This document shows, in pieces, positions 26,126 through 38,943 of a stretch of 53,134 bases of DNA. The DNA is taken from contig NC_068984.1 in NCBI RefSeq assembly GCF_001194135.2, forward strand, positions 36,132,424-36,185,557. Direction: 5' to 3'. The DNA comes from Octopus bimaculoides (taxonomy: Eukaryota). Position 1 is the first letter of the stretch; every line of letters starts with the position of its first letter. The position numbers and the translations under genes were made by a program. Below the pieces are notes generated by a model, which did not search any database, had not been told where the DNA came from, and saw only the letters and a program-made list of their open reading frames with translations.

Positions 26126-27039
26126 TGAATGAATAAATGATAATAATAATGAATATGTAAATGATAATAATAATGGTTTCAAAGTTTAGCACAACGGTAG
26201 TGATTTCAAAGACGGGTTAGTACGCGCCTGTACTTAATTTATCGATGCTGAAAGGAGGAAAAGCCCAATAAGTCTAAGCACAGTTTGAACTAAGCGTTCT
26301 TTTCCGATGTACCAAGTATTTTGTCAATAACTATAATGGTTTAGGCACAACTCGGAGTGTGCATGTCTTCACAATTTTGACTTGATAGCCAAATGCCATA
26401 CGCAGACACCGTTTATTTAAATTTATGAAGTAAATTAATATCATATAAAGAGAAGTAAAATTACGTTGTGATTTTGAACAGAACGTAAATGGAATTTTCC
26501 CTTTTTGATTTCAAGTTAACCCAATTACATTGCATAGAAACTATAATGATTGGCATGTACATACAACAATGTCTGCCTTATCTAATATAGATCATTAAAT
26601 ATTTCAAGGCTTACAATATTTACTAAAGAAATTTAGTTCATGAGTGGCAGTGATATTGGAAATGCTTCATTAATTTATTTCTACGGATTATTTCTACTGT
26701 TGAAGATTTTAGTGTACTATGTCGGTTTTGGAAATTGCACTTGTCTACAGTTAAACTGTACACATGATGCCTGGCATTTGTACATTGCATGTGAGCGGAA
26801 TCTTAATTATACGTAAGATAATTAATTTACTTTACTGCATTTGTGCTATGTTATATACGGAAATAGGTACTTAGACATAATTAAATTATAGTAATTAGTT
26901 TGGTAACCAGATTCGAACTACTTGATCTTCAGTAGGAAAGAATAAGATTGGACGATAATACTGATAATTATATTTGCAGATCCTTGAGTAAGATAAAGTT
27001 GCAAAAGACTAGCTTTGAAGGGTGAAACATAAGAAAAAA

Positions 27040-27260
27040 GTCAGCAATTTCGCGGGTTCGGTAAGTCGATTACCTCGAGTTGAGTGTTCAGAGTGTTCAA
27101 CTGTGTTCAGAGTGTTCAGAGTGTTCAACTGTTACTTATGTTATCGACTTGAAGGTTGAATGGTGAGCTCGACCTTTACAGAATTTAAACTCAGAACGTA
27201 AAAACACTAAGCATTTGTACTGATGTACTGATAGTTGCGATAATTTGGGGAGCTCGCTGT
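27040..27260 (-). mobile_element. Decayed family-1 SINE with an internal GAGTGTTCA tandem expansion
   Basis: GAATTTAAACTCAGAACGTAAA motif; about 5 near-tandem GTGTTCA units at 27082-27132. Confidence 0.7.
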
Positions 27261-28743
27261 CTTAAATTTTGAAAAGAAATTATATCGAGAGTACTTCAGA
27301 CCTCAAAACATTTTTGTTTTAAAAACGACAATAACAGAAAATGTTTCAAACATACTCACAAATCCAATATTTAAAACAGGTAACATTGCTTCAGATTTAA
27401 GGTCAAAACTGACAATAAAAATGTCGGTGGAATATCAATGCTATGGGGTAGTGAGTAACAAGTAATGAAAGCTCATTTCTGCCGTTCTAGTGATACAATA
27501 TAACATTCCTATGCAGGCACAAATTTACACATGAAAACGATTATTCTATTCACTGTTAATAATTAATTGATAACAACTACGGCAAGGTTTTAACGAAATG
27601 AATAATGTCAGTGCAAATGAAACTAAATAGGTGTTTTGGGTTTTTTGGGGGTGGTCCACATCAGAGGCAAGACAAAAGTATTTTACAAAGACAGAAGTGA
27701 GGACAGGCGCTATGCAATGACAATAGGTGAAATATTCATAAAATAACGAAATGAAACGTATATACTAAACAATAATTAAAAAAGAATATAAAGGAAAGAA
27801 AATTACAGCACCACAGATTTTGCTTTTCTATTTTTGTTGCAATATCCCACACGGCAAATTATTGGATAGGTAGCCCAAAGGCACCAACATGTTCTTATCC
27901 ACCCGATAGGACTTTCGCTGTTGTCTCGAGCATTAAGACTTGCTCAATCAATTATTTTGAGTGGAGTGACGTAGATAACAAACCAGGATAACACTGTGTA
28001 AGTTTATTGTCACATCTATGTGCTTGATTTTTGGTGATTTTTTTTTTTTACCAAAGACTTGTCATTCGCGTATCTCTATGACAACGCAAGTGTGCCTCAG
28101 TATTGTTTACACTACTGGAATATATGTGATGCCTAATAGATAAGACGTTTTGTTTATAAGCTCGTTAAGCTTCGAAGGATCGCGGAAGGCAGTTCATAAT
28201 TCTTTTAGTCGTCGTCTTCCTCATTACTCTCAGGAGGCACATCATTCTTATTCTAGTGTATTTGTTCCTTTCCAACCATTTCTTATTTTTATATTGTTTC
28301 CAGTTGATGATCATGTCTGGTATTTTTTATTCACTTGATAGTTCAGATAATTTACTCTGATGAAGTAATGTCATTATCATTTGAAAACTAGACATGCCAG
28401 GGTGTGTGCTCGGGTGTGTCCTGAAACATGCATTCTTAAATTTGTGAGTTATTTACCTCTGAGAACTGTGAGTAGCTGGTCTTGTTCCTGCATCGGTTTG
28501 TCTCCTTTGCATTTCTTTCTCTGTCATTCTTAATTTTCAAGGTTTTTTTTTTTTTCAGAAATATGTCATTAGTTGGTTCGTACTACGACAACACATGCAG
28601 CTTAGCATACTCTAGTGATTTCATCATCTTAATCACGGCATCTTCAGAGAACCACAGCGTTGATGTGGCATTGTGTTATTTGTGATCAGTTACGACTTGT
28701 AAATCCATTTTCATATCCCTGGTCACATTTCGTCTTTTGTCAG

Positions 28744-28926
28744 GTCTGCTTTAGTTACATACACATAAGTTGATTAAAAAGAAGTTCGCTTACGGATCCA
28801 CATCGTCACCATATCTTATCGTAAATTGTTGATTTCTCTGCCCATACTAGAAAATTTTGTAGACGGAGAATATGTTTTTCAGCAACAGCTAGAGCTGTGT
28901 TTTCGTTCTTGAAAGTACAGTAGACG
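28744..28926 (+). pseudogene. Possible decayed FN3-like exon
   Basis: Acceptor ttttgtcag; YIHIS* (TGA in place of W); LENFVDGEYVF followed by a frameshifted SATARA (about L.PG.EY.F.V.A). Confidence 0.3.
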
Positions 28927-29719
28927 GTTGTATATCATTTTAGTCCATCTCTTAAGCAAAATTCCTCCCGAAATTTCATGCAAGACATCTAACTACAGTT
29001 TCAACAGTAATTCGAAACAATCATTACTTTTAATGCACGGCTATATCATTATCATCGTTGTCGACGTCTTCATAAGCCTGCTCCCTCTCCACATCTTCCC
29101 CTCCTCTTCCTCCTCCTCCTCATCATCATCATCATCAACATTATCAATATACTCTTTGTTTGTTAGGTCATGCGACAAAAACACTGTTTCTATAAAATTG
29201 TCACAGTTATTTTTTCTTCCTTTAGGAAAGATTGTCAAGTAAAAAATAAACTTTGTATCAACAGACGCAAAAGTAACTTCTATAAGAGTACGTCCATATG
29301 AAGGCTTTCACTCGTTGCCTTTCATTGAGCATTGTTTTTGTATATATAATGAAAGAAATATGTCTTTCGTTTTTTTTTTCTTGCATTAGGTGATCGTTTT
29401 TTCAAGTTGAGGCACGATACGATATTTTTGTTATCACAATCGTCAATTGGCGAATAATTTACTTTGTATAGTGGGTGTCTTCGGTAGCTGTGTTTAGTAA
29501 GCAACATGGTAAAAAAAATATAAGAACAAACAAAATCTGTGAAAGAGAATTGTTTTTGTGTGTGTGTGTGTATCTCCCGGCCTCGAGTAACGAAAATCCT
29601 GCTTGCAAGTGCTCGAAGAATCTTTCATTTTATAATGCGTGGAATAAAAGCGCATGTCGCTAAGACTTGCAGTGAAAATAAATAAATAACGATGATGATG
29701 ACGACGACCACGATGACCA

Positions 29720-29721
29720 CG

Positions 29722-29788
<67 letters not shown>

Positions 29789-29815
29789 TAATAACAACAA
29801 CAACAACAAGAGCAT
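29720..29815. repeat. (AAT)n/(AAC)n microsatellite
   Basis: Directly visible. Confidence 0.95.
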
Positions 29816-30626
29816 CATCAAAAACTAAGACAACAACAATTGCAATAATAATAAAAGTTATAATTAGGACAATAATAACAATGATAGAACAATTATGCAT
29901 TTTTAGCCTTATTTCATTCTGAATGTCGCTTTCTTTTAGATTTCTATTATTGCATTTTATGTTACTAACTAGAACGGACCTATCACATTGCCTATGGCAA
30001 AAAACTGGAAAGAATTTTTTTTTTAAATAGTGTATAAATACATAGTACCGAACATGATTGCATGAACTGAAAATATTGTCCCAAAATAACTTTAGAAATA
30101 ATAAAACGATTGCAATTTCAAGACGTAGTAATTAGAATTGATAAATATAACAAAATTTCAAAATCTGTAAATACGCATTAAAAAATACACATATATAAAA
30201 AAAATGAAAATGAAATGGAACATGAAATGAAGGGAAAATCAAATATTAAAATAAAATTGAAAAAGTAAATATAAAAATAAAGTATACAAATCATAAAACA
30301 AAACTATCTTTGGCTATTAATTCCCTAAAGTAAGAGTTGACTGTTTTCATTGAGAATTGCATTGTTAACCATATCATAATTAGTGGTGATTGTGCTATGC
30401 ATGTAAATAAACATTAGGATAGTGATGGAAGTGATACAGTTTGATGCTGCGGAATCTGCTCTTCTTGAATGATAAGCACATAAGCGAGGGAGAAGGGTAG
30501 GTTGCTATAAAATTTCAAATGGGGGGGATTTCTTTATACACAAAGAAACCAAAAAAATGTTGAGGAAGGTATCCATGACCATGAAGTTGTAGAAACGTGG
30601 TTGCCGAAATGATAATGATAATAATG

Positions 30627-30714
<88 letters not shown>

Positions 30715-30723
30715 TAATAATAT

Positions 30724-30750
<27 letters not shown>

Positions 30751-30754
<4 letters not shown>

Positions 30755-31766
30755 AAACTGTTTTCAGTATTTAAGGAAGCTGACAAATACAAACAAGAAA
30801 TCAATCTACCTAACAAATACGAAGAAGATGAAGAAGAAACAACAAAAGNNNNNNNNNNNNNNNNNNNNNNNNNNNNNNNNNNNNNNNNNNNNNNNNNNNN
30901 NNNNNNNNNNNNNNNNNNNNNNNNNNNNNNNNNNNNNNNNNNNNNNNNNNNNNNNNNNNNNNNNNNNNNNNNNNNNNNNNNNNNNNNNNNNNNNNNNNNN
31001 NNNNNNNNNNNNNNNNNNNNNNNNNNNNNNNNNNNNNNNNNNNNNNNNNNNNNNNNNNNNNNNNNNNNNNNNNNNNNNNNNNNNNNNNNNNNNNNNNNNN
31101 NNNNNNNNNNNNNNNNNNNNNNNNNNNNNNNNNNNNNNNNNNNNNNNNNNNNNNNNNNNNNNNNNNNNNNNNNNNNNNNNNNNNNNNNNNNNNNNNNNNN
31201 NNNNNNNNNNNNNNNNNNNNNNNNNNNNNNNNNNNNNNNNNNNNNNNNNNNNNNNNNNNNNNNNNNNNNNNNNNNNNNNNNNNNNNNNNNNNNNNNNNNN
31301 NNNNNNNNNNNNNNNNNNNNNNNNNNNNNNNNNNNNNNNNNNNNNNNNNNNNNNNNNNNNNNNNNNNNNNNNNNNNNNNNNNNNNNNNNNNNNNNNNNNN
31401 NNNNNNNNNNNNNNNNNNNNNNNNNNNNNNNNNNNNNNNNNNNNNNNNNNNNNNNNNNNNNNNNNNNNNNNNNNNNNNNNNNNNNNNNNNNNNNNNNNNN
31501 NNNNNNNNNNNNNNNNNNNNNNNNNNNNNNNNNNNNNNNNNNNNNNNNNNNNNNNNNNNNNNAAATACATAACAAAAACACCAGGACTTACAAATATATA
31601 TAACATACAGAAAATTGCACTACTGGGTACTGCACACATTCTACGCAAAACACTTTCAATACAGTAAACATAAGAGCACCACAGCAAACCACAGCACATA
31701 CCCAAGGCGCACAGAGCTGCGCTCGGTAGTGAAGTGAAAGCACGCTATAAAAATAAAACTACTGAA
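30751..31766 (+). mobile_element. 5'-truncated R4/Dong subfamily A copy spanning an N gap, flanked by (AAT)n on both sides
   Basis: Left of the gap: KKLFSVFKEADKYKQEINLPNKYEEDEEETTK. Right of the gap: KYITKTPGLTNIYNIQKIALLGTAHILRKTLSIQ* (stop 31665-67) plus the UTR. Continuity across the gap is inferred. Confidence 0.8.
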
Positions 31767-31789
31767 TAATAATAATAATAATAATAATG

Positions 31790-31859
<70 letters not shown>

Positions 31860-31870
31860 TAATAATAATA

Positions 31871-33105
31871 TGAAAAGAGAGAAGTAAGAAGTCTGCAGAG
31901 AATTGCGGTTACCATCAGGGAGATACCATGGGTGAACTCGACGGTAGTGGGTATAGATATTTAGAGATTTTTGAGCTGGATGACATTCTACACAGTGAAA
32001 TGAGAGTAAAGGTCAGCGAGGCATATCAAAAAAGGGTGAAGATGGTGCTGATATCCAACCTAAATACCAAACATTTGATTACCGCAATGAATATCTGGGC
32101 AGTTGCAGTGATCAGGTATAATGCGTCCATCCTCAAATGGACTAAGGAGGAATTATCAACACTGAATAGAAAGACGAGAAATTTGATGACGCTGCAAGGG
32201 GCGGTACACCCTAAAGCAAACGTAAACAGCCTGTATATGTAAAGAAAGAATAGTGGTAGAGGACTAATTGGTATAGACCATTATATAAGGTGTGAAAGGA
32301 GAACGCTTGCCGAGTATTTCATAAATAGTGATGAAGACAAATTGCAATATGCCGCGAATGATATGGGTGTAAATGCAGATGAACTGATGGGCAAGGAAGG
32401 ATTTAACCAAAGAACTGAGAAGAGAAAAGAAGACGTTCTTGAAACAAGAATGCCTGGCTAGTTTGAAAGGAATATACAAGACATTAACGATAATACAGCA
32501 TCGTGGGAATGGCTTGAGCGAGGTGAGTTGAAGTGTTTCACCTAAAGCCTGATCGTTGCTGTACATGACTAGGCTCTCGCTTCCAATTCAGTGAAGTATA
32601 ATATCTATGAAACGTCTGACACCAAGGCATGTAGACTGTGGAAAGAGTGTGGAAAATGTTACCGACTTGGTGAGTGGCTGTGAGAGCCTTGCACAAAAAA
32701 GAATATAAACGCCGTCACGATACCTTGTGTGTATATCTTCGTTGGCTCTTGTGCTTTAAATACCAATATGAAGTAACAGGAAACTGTTATGAGCATGTAC
32801 CATACGCATTTATGCATGAAGATAGAAAAGTATCGATACTCTAGAAATATGATTTTCAGACGGATCGTGTAATCGAACACTGTCGGCAAGACGTTATCAT
32901 ATTGAAGAAGAGAGGCAAATACTGTGAAATCATTGATGTAGCCATACCAAATGACATGAATATTGTGAGTAAAGGGGTTAAAAATATCACCAAGTATTTT
33001 AGTATACGGGTGACGTTCTGATGGTGAGGTTACAGGCAGAGAAAGAGAGGTGAGAGAGAAATTATGATGGTGGCGGAGGCAGTGGTGATTGGATACACAA
33101 AAGTG
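31871..33105 (+). mobile_element. R4/Dong subfamily C fragment: thumb, CCHC knuckle and REL endonuclease
   Basis: GYRYLEIFELDD..NIWAVAVIRY..HPKANVNSLY; SWEWLERGEL; CRLC..VENVTDLVSGC (knuckle His changed to Asp); RRHD; FQTDRVIEHCRQD..IIDVAIPND. Stops and frameshifts. Confidence 0.92.
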
Positions 33106-33559
33106 CATTTTAAAAAAAAATTGAACTAAGTGCTTTTATATCACTTATTACTTAACGCATGCGCAAAAGTATAATTACCTGAAACATTCGCAATTATTTA
33201 CGTGGCAATTATATGGAATTTATCAAAAGATAGCATCATATGTGCGGGATAGTTTTTTATTTGTCTATGGGGAATAGGACAAAATAAGCGTTAATACTTA
33301 TTTCATAAGTGCTCTGTGTTAAGTCTATAAAATTGAGTGTAAAGTATACACTGTGTATATATACAGTGCATTGAGTAATCGTATTCTAAATTCTTTCGCT
33401 TTCCATGAGTAGCAGATGATCGACTATCTTTCCTTACATACATAACATAGGCTACGCTTTCAGGTTTTGGGTATAAAGTCTTCAGAAATAACCCAATAGA
33501 TTTAGCATTAATCCTGTGAAATATTCAAGGACCCCGCAAGTTATAATGGCAGTCGTTTT

Positions 33560-33770
33560 TATTATAAGCACGAGGCCTGAAATTTGGTGGTATGGGGGGG
33601 AAAGTCGGTTAAATCGACCCTAGTGTTTCACTGGTACTTAATTTATTGGCCCTGGAATGATGAAAGGCAAAGTCGACCTCGTCGGAATTTGAACTCAGAA
33701 CGTCTTTAAAACGGAGGAAATGTTGCTAAGCATTTTTGCCGGCGTGCTAACTATTCTGCCAGCGCTGCCT
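33560..33770 (-). mobile_element. Family-1 SINE
   Basis: Full-length reverse-complement match. Confidence 0.88.
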
Positions 33771-33789
33771 TAATAATGATAATAGTATT

Positions 33790-33999
33790 AATAATGGTTT
33801 CAAATTATGCCACAAGGGCAGCCATTTTGGAAAGTCAATTACATCAACCTCAAAATTCAACTGCTACCTATTTTATCAGACACGAAAGGGTGAAAGGTAA
33901 AGTTGACCACGGCGTAATTTGAACTCAGAACTTACAGACGGGCAAAATACAGCTAAGCATTTCGTCCAACGTCCTAATGATTCTTTCAGCTCGCCACCT
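33790..33999 (-). mobile_element. Family-1 SINE, tandem with the previous copy
   Basis: Reverse-complement match; (AAT)n follows at 34003-34060. Confidence 0.85.
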
Positions 34000-34000
34000 T

Positions 34001-34061
<61 letters not shown>

Positions 34062-34600
34062 TGGAGTACTAGTCAGTGACTCGCGTGATTTTTGATCATA
34101 AGCGATTGGAAGTGTTCTCATGTACATTGTGTTGTCTTGGTATAAAAAAAAAATAGGCTAGAGCACATATTCTGCTCAATACCACAGATTGGCTTATCGT
34201 GTGTTTCACCTTAACCAATTGAACATGTCCGTTAATGATTGACGATATGCGCATGATCAAGAGCAGAAGTAGCCACAGAGCATCATAGTCATGTGCTGAG
34301 AGGAATTCACTGGGATTTGAATAATTCACCTCATGAAACATGGGTCTTTCGTTCATCATCCTTGAACAAACCTCTTTTAATGATATTTTGAGCTGGATAG
34401 GTTTCTCAACTTGAAGAAAATTATAACTGGGCCTCATCTGCAAAGTCATGAGCTGTTTATCTTGATATAAGATCGTCAAGTCGCGAACATATTGTTATGA
34501 TGCATGTGCCTGGTATACCATTATCATACGGGGCAGTTACGATGAGTATATTGGGCTTCGTATATTTTGCCCCAGTATCACATTAATGCCTTGCGCTGCT
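34062..34600 (+). repeat. Family X repeat, copy 3
   Basis: Same motifs, including ATATTGGGCTTCGTATATTT shared with copy 2. Confidence 0.85.
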
Positions 34601-35439
34601 CTTTCAACGACGGCAGCTACAACGATGGCGGCGATAAAAATAATAACTAGTATCATGATCGTTATAAACGTGGCCAAGGTAGCATGTTAATCATGCTTAT
34701 TATTTGGCTACGGGGTTCAAAACCGTTGCATAAAATTTGATGGGACATTTACAAATGTACGAAAATTCTGCAGAGAATGCAGCATCGTCTCTACTACCAA
34801 AATCGTTTTCACTCCACTATATTATTTTTTTCCGAAAATAAAGAAAACCAAAGTAAAATACTTGTCTAAGAAATGTGTACAAGGTTATCATTACGCTTAT
34901 AATATTTTTCATTTTTGTTCCATTCATGATTTTATATTTTGAAATTTTCTATTTATATTTGTAATATTTTATTTTCATTAATTCTAATTTAGTTTCAATC
35001 GATAAACAGGAATTCTTTGAACGCAAATATCGATTTTGGATCTGTTGTTTAGTCAATTCTTTATGACGATGCGACCGAAACAGACCTCGTAACAAACCAG
35101 AATTTTAAAAAAAATTGGTGTTGGGCTGCGAAACTTATGGAAGTTTCATTTTCAAAAAAATGTTAAATCAACAAAATTAAATTATATGAAAAAATTATAA
35201 ATTTTGAATAAAATGAAGAGAAATATGTTCGAATGAAAAAATAAAATATATCACCAGTTATCTATCCGCGTAAGCTTATATATATAATCGATATGGATAT
35301 GGAAATACACACAGATACACTCACTCGCATAGGTGTGTGTGTGTGTTTGTGTACGTAGATGTGTGCTTATGTGTGCATGTATACATACAAATTCATGATA
35401 CAGATATATCTAGAAAGAGAGAGGAGGGAAGAGAGAGAA

Positions 35440-35481
35440 TGATAGATTTATAGATAGACAGACAGAGAGACAGATAGATAA

Positions 35482-35541
<60 letters not shown>
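35440..35541. repeat. (GATA)n microsatellite
   Basis: Directly visible. Confidence 0.95.
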
Positions 35542-36049
35542 GTATAATAGACTACACACGACTTTACCAAAATATAAAAATGAATAATATACGGCCAAAA
35601 AGAAAGGATCGATACAACAAATATGGATACTGAATATATCAGAGGAAAATAACAGTTACGAAGTATCATCAGAAGGAAGTACATAAAAATGAATGAATGC
35701 GTAGAAGAAAATGTAACTGCTCAAGAAGAATGAAATAAATGTAAACAGGAAGGTGAACACAATACAAATTATGGTTAAGAGTAAGAATTAAAAGTGACAG
35801 GAAGGTGGAGAAAAAATTAGCAAAATCAATGAAGGAATGCAAATGCAAGATATAGAGACAGGCACAGATTGAAGAAATATGAAATCACGAACAGAGAATA
35901 ATTAAACAGTAACAACAACGTCTTCTGTGCATGCATGCATATATAAAACGATATTGCAAGCGTCCCCTACATATATATGCGTGTTTGTGCATGAAGGTGT
36001 GCGTGTGCATATGTGCGTGTGTGTTTACTTATTCTCTTACGCTATTATT

Positions 36050-36215
36050 TGCTTCAGTTCTTTGATTGCGGCCATGCTGGAGCAGCGCCGTTCGTCGAAA
36101 AAATCGACCCCAGAACTTATTCTTTGTAAGTCTAGTATTTATTGTTTCGGTGTCTTATGCCGAACCGCTAAGTTATGAAGACGTAAACACACCAACATCA
36201 GTTGTCACACGACGA
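36050..36215. repeat. Short interspersed repeat with an inverted partial copy at 23185-23235
   Basis: TTCAGT..TTTGATTGCGGCCATGCTGGAGCA here; its reverse complement TGCTCCAGCATGGTCGCAGTCAAATGACTGAA at about 23200. Confidence 0.6.
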
Positions 36216-36383
36216 TGGAGGAACAATTAGAGACACAAACACACACACAAATATATATATATATATATATATATANNNNNNNNNNNNNNNNNNNNNNNNN
36301 NNNNNNNNNNNNNNNNNNNNNNNNNNNNNNNNNNNNNNNNNNNNNNNNNNNNNNNNNNNNNNNNNNNNNNNNNNNNNNNNNNN

Positions 36384-36419
<36 letters not shown>

Positions 36420-36560
36420 TGCGACAAGCTTCTTTCAGCTTTCATCTTCCAAATCCAGTCACAAGGCTTTGGTCGGCCCGAGGCTATAGTAGAAGACACT
36501 TACCCAAGGTACCACGCGGTGTGACTGAACCCAGAACCATGTGGTTGGTAAGCAAGTTAT
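36420..36560 (-). mobile_element. Family-2 SINE
   Basis: Reverse complement of 2121-2290. Confidence 0.8.
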
Positions 36561-36571
36561 TGATATATGAA

Positions 36572-36634
36572 GGCGGCGAGCTGGCAGAAATGTTGGCACG
36601 CCGGGCGAAATGCTTCGCGGTATTTCGTCTGTCT
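36572..36634 (+). mobile_element. Family-1 SINE, first 63 nt only
   Basis: GGCGGCGAGCTGGCAGAAATGTTGGCACGCCGGGCGAAATGCTTCGCGGTATTTCGTCTGTCT, then unrelated sequence. Confidence 0.85.
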
Positions 36635-36639
36635 GTTAT

Positions 36640-37445
36640 TGAAAATTTATTGTAGGAGTGTGTTCGTAAAGTAAGTTTCTATTGTTATATCGTTATACCA
36701 CTTGTGCCAACTGTTGGACTTATTGAAAGATTGAAAGATAAAATTTTGTTAGCATTTCTGGTGTTTCGGAAAGTGAATTCCCTACATTACAAACAGTTAC
36801 GGTACCAAAAGAAACATACATGCAAAGACCATTCAGAATGAAGAAAGAAAAGGTTTTGCGTCAGCAGCTGGTGGTGGAACGCGACAGCTATCAACTGACA
36901 AAAAATAATTATTAAAATACAAGGAAATGACAGTAAGAGAGGGAGTGGTAAAAATGGAAATACCAAAAGAACAATTAACGGCAGAAAAAAAGGAAAATTA
37001 TAATATTATGAAAAGCTCGAAAACTTGACAAAATATGTGAGCAGAAAATTGAAAAATGTTTAAAACCCATCTGGCAGGACATTACTTACCTAGCTAGAGG
37101 GAAGAAATTTGGAACCATCGTGGTGAGGTTCAGGAACACAAAAACGGCACTGGAACACTCTGTAAAACCATTAGAATTGGAAGACACGATATTAATCCCA
37201 ATTTACATGGGAATGAAAACATCTAAGGTTAGAATACCAATAATTCCACCCGGAGTAAACACTATGTGCTTCATGGCGGCGGTCCTGGCAAACAGGAAGG
37301 ACAATATAAACCTCCTGTAGGCCACCGTGACAGAGAATACATATTGGACTGGACAAACGCTCAACCTGCTATTGCAGGGAGAGCAGAAAATTTTAGAACA
37401 GCTCCCAGAAATAGTAGAAGTAGGGAAGGAATTTCTGAATATTTA
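36640..37445 (+). mobile_element. Probable L1/Tx1-clade 5' region and ORF1 fragment
   Basis: Purine-rich, nearly open frame IEKCLKPIWQDITYLARGKKFGTIVVRF...KVRIPIIPPG...NLL*ATVTENTYWTGQTLNLLLQ..LEQLPEIVEVG, resembling an RRM-type ORF1. Truncated by a microsatellite before any zinc knuckle, so the family assignment is inference. Confidence 0.5.
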
Positions 37446-38202
37446 GACACACAAACAGACACGCACACACACGCACACAAACGTATACATACATATATAT
37501 ATATATGTGTGTGTGTGTGTGTATGTGGGAGTGCGTGCATATGCATGTATGTATATATGCATGAATATAGGTAGATATGAGTAATCATGTATCCTTGCAA
37601 GCACTTTCCGGAGCGATGTGATTGGTGGGCAAGCTATTTACCACACGTATATGTATATATATATATATATATATATGGCTTTCGCCGAGCAAACGCACGC
37701 ACCACTTTGTCCCTTTCAAGTTCGTGATTCACACCGTTCATACACACATAATTTTTCTCGTCTGGCCGTAAAGCCTTTTCTGTTGTTTTCCTGTCTTGTT
37801 TTTTGTCCGCCACTACATTCCTCCATGGCTAGATTTAATTTGCGTATACAAATTTAATCTGCGGTCCATGGGATGAGCCGTTTTAACGATGCGTCCTGCC
37901 CGAAGCTCGTCGAAACGCCGGTGTTAAAACGTGGGTAGCTGATGAAGTAGAATGTTCTCTATGTGGCTCGTGTGTTTTCTCGTCNNNNNNNNNNNNNNNN
38001 NNNNNNNNNNNNNNNNNNNNNNNNNNNNNNNNNNNNNNNNNNNNNNNNNNNNNNNNNNNNNNNNNNNNNNNNNNNNNNNNNNNNNNNNNNNNNNNNNNNN
38101 NNNNNNNNNNNNNNNNNNNNNNNNNNNNNNNNNNNNNNNNNNNNNNNNNNNNNNNNNNNNNNNNNNNNNNNNNNNNNNNNNNNNNNNNNNNNNNNNNNNN
38201 NN

Positions 38203-38236
<34 letters not shown>

Positions 38237-38902
38237 CATGTACCTGTCTATGTGTGTATGTATGTATGTTATGTATGTATGTATGTATGCACGTATGTAT
38301 GTATGCATGTAAGTATGCATGTAAGCATGCATGTATGTATGTATGTATATATGTATGAACGTAGGTAGATATGCGTATTCTTGTATCCTTTTTGCAGGCA
38401 CTTTCTGGTACGTTATATGTATTCTGTACGGAAATGGGTGTAAAATAGGAACAAAATATTCAAAATATCGGTTTACTAAGTTGATAAATATATATATAGG
38501 TTGCCGCTCGAAATTGGTTCCTGGATAGAGTGAGAAATAAGCAAAAGCAAAATTTTGCAGACATTGAATATGATGAATAAATTAGAAATAGAATATGATA
38601 TATAATGACAGAGCGGTGAATGGTCGAAAAGTAGAGAACAGAACTGAAGAACAAGAAAGAACTCCAGAGAAAACACGTGAATAAATAAGAAATGCATATG
38701 CAATTGTTACAGATTAACAATATATGAAAATATAGTGAGAGAAGTAAGGATATTATCTTGATTTGCCCCCAAAACCTTTTTAGGTTACGAAATAGAATAT
38801 ATTTATATGTTAACGAACATACGCACATGCATATATATCTAAAATATTTATATATTATTTATGCGTGCGCACGCACACATGTATGTGTGTATATATAAAT
38901 AC

Positions 38903-38943
<41 letters not shown>

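Noticed and set aside
27082-27132. CRISPR-like array
   Set aside because: Units are contiguous without unique spacers, the context is eukaryotic and there are no cas genes.
28355-28395. CTGATGAAG...TGAAAACTAGAC hammerhead-like string
   Set aside because: The cleavage triplet and stem I cannot be formed, and there is no supporting context.
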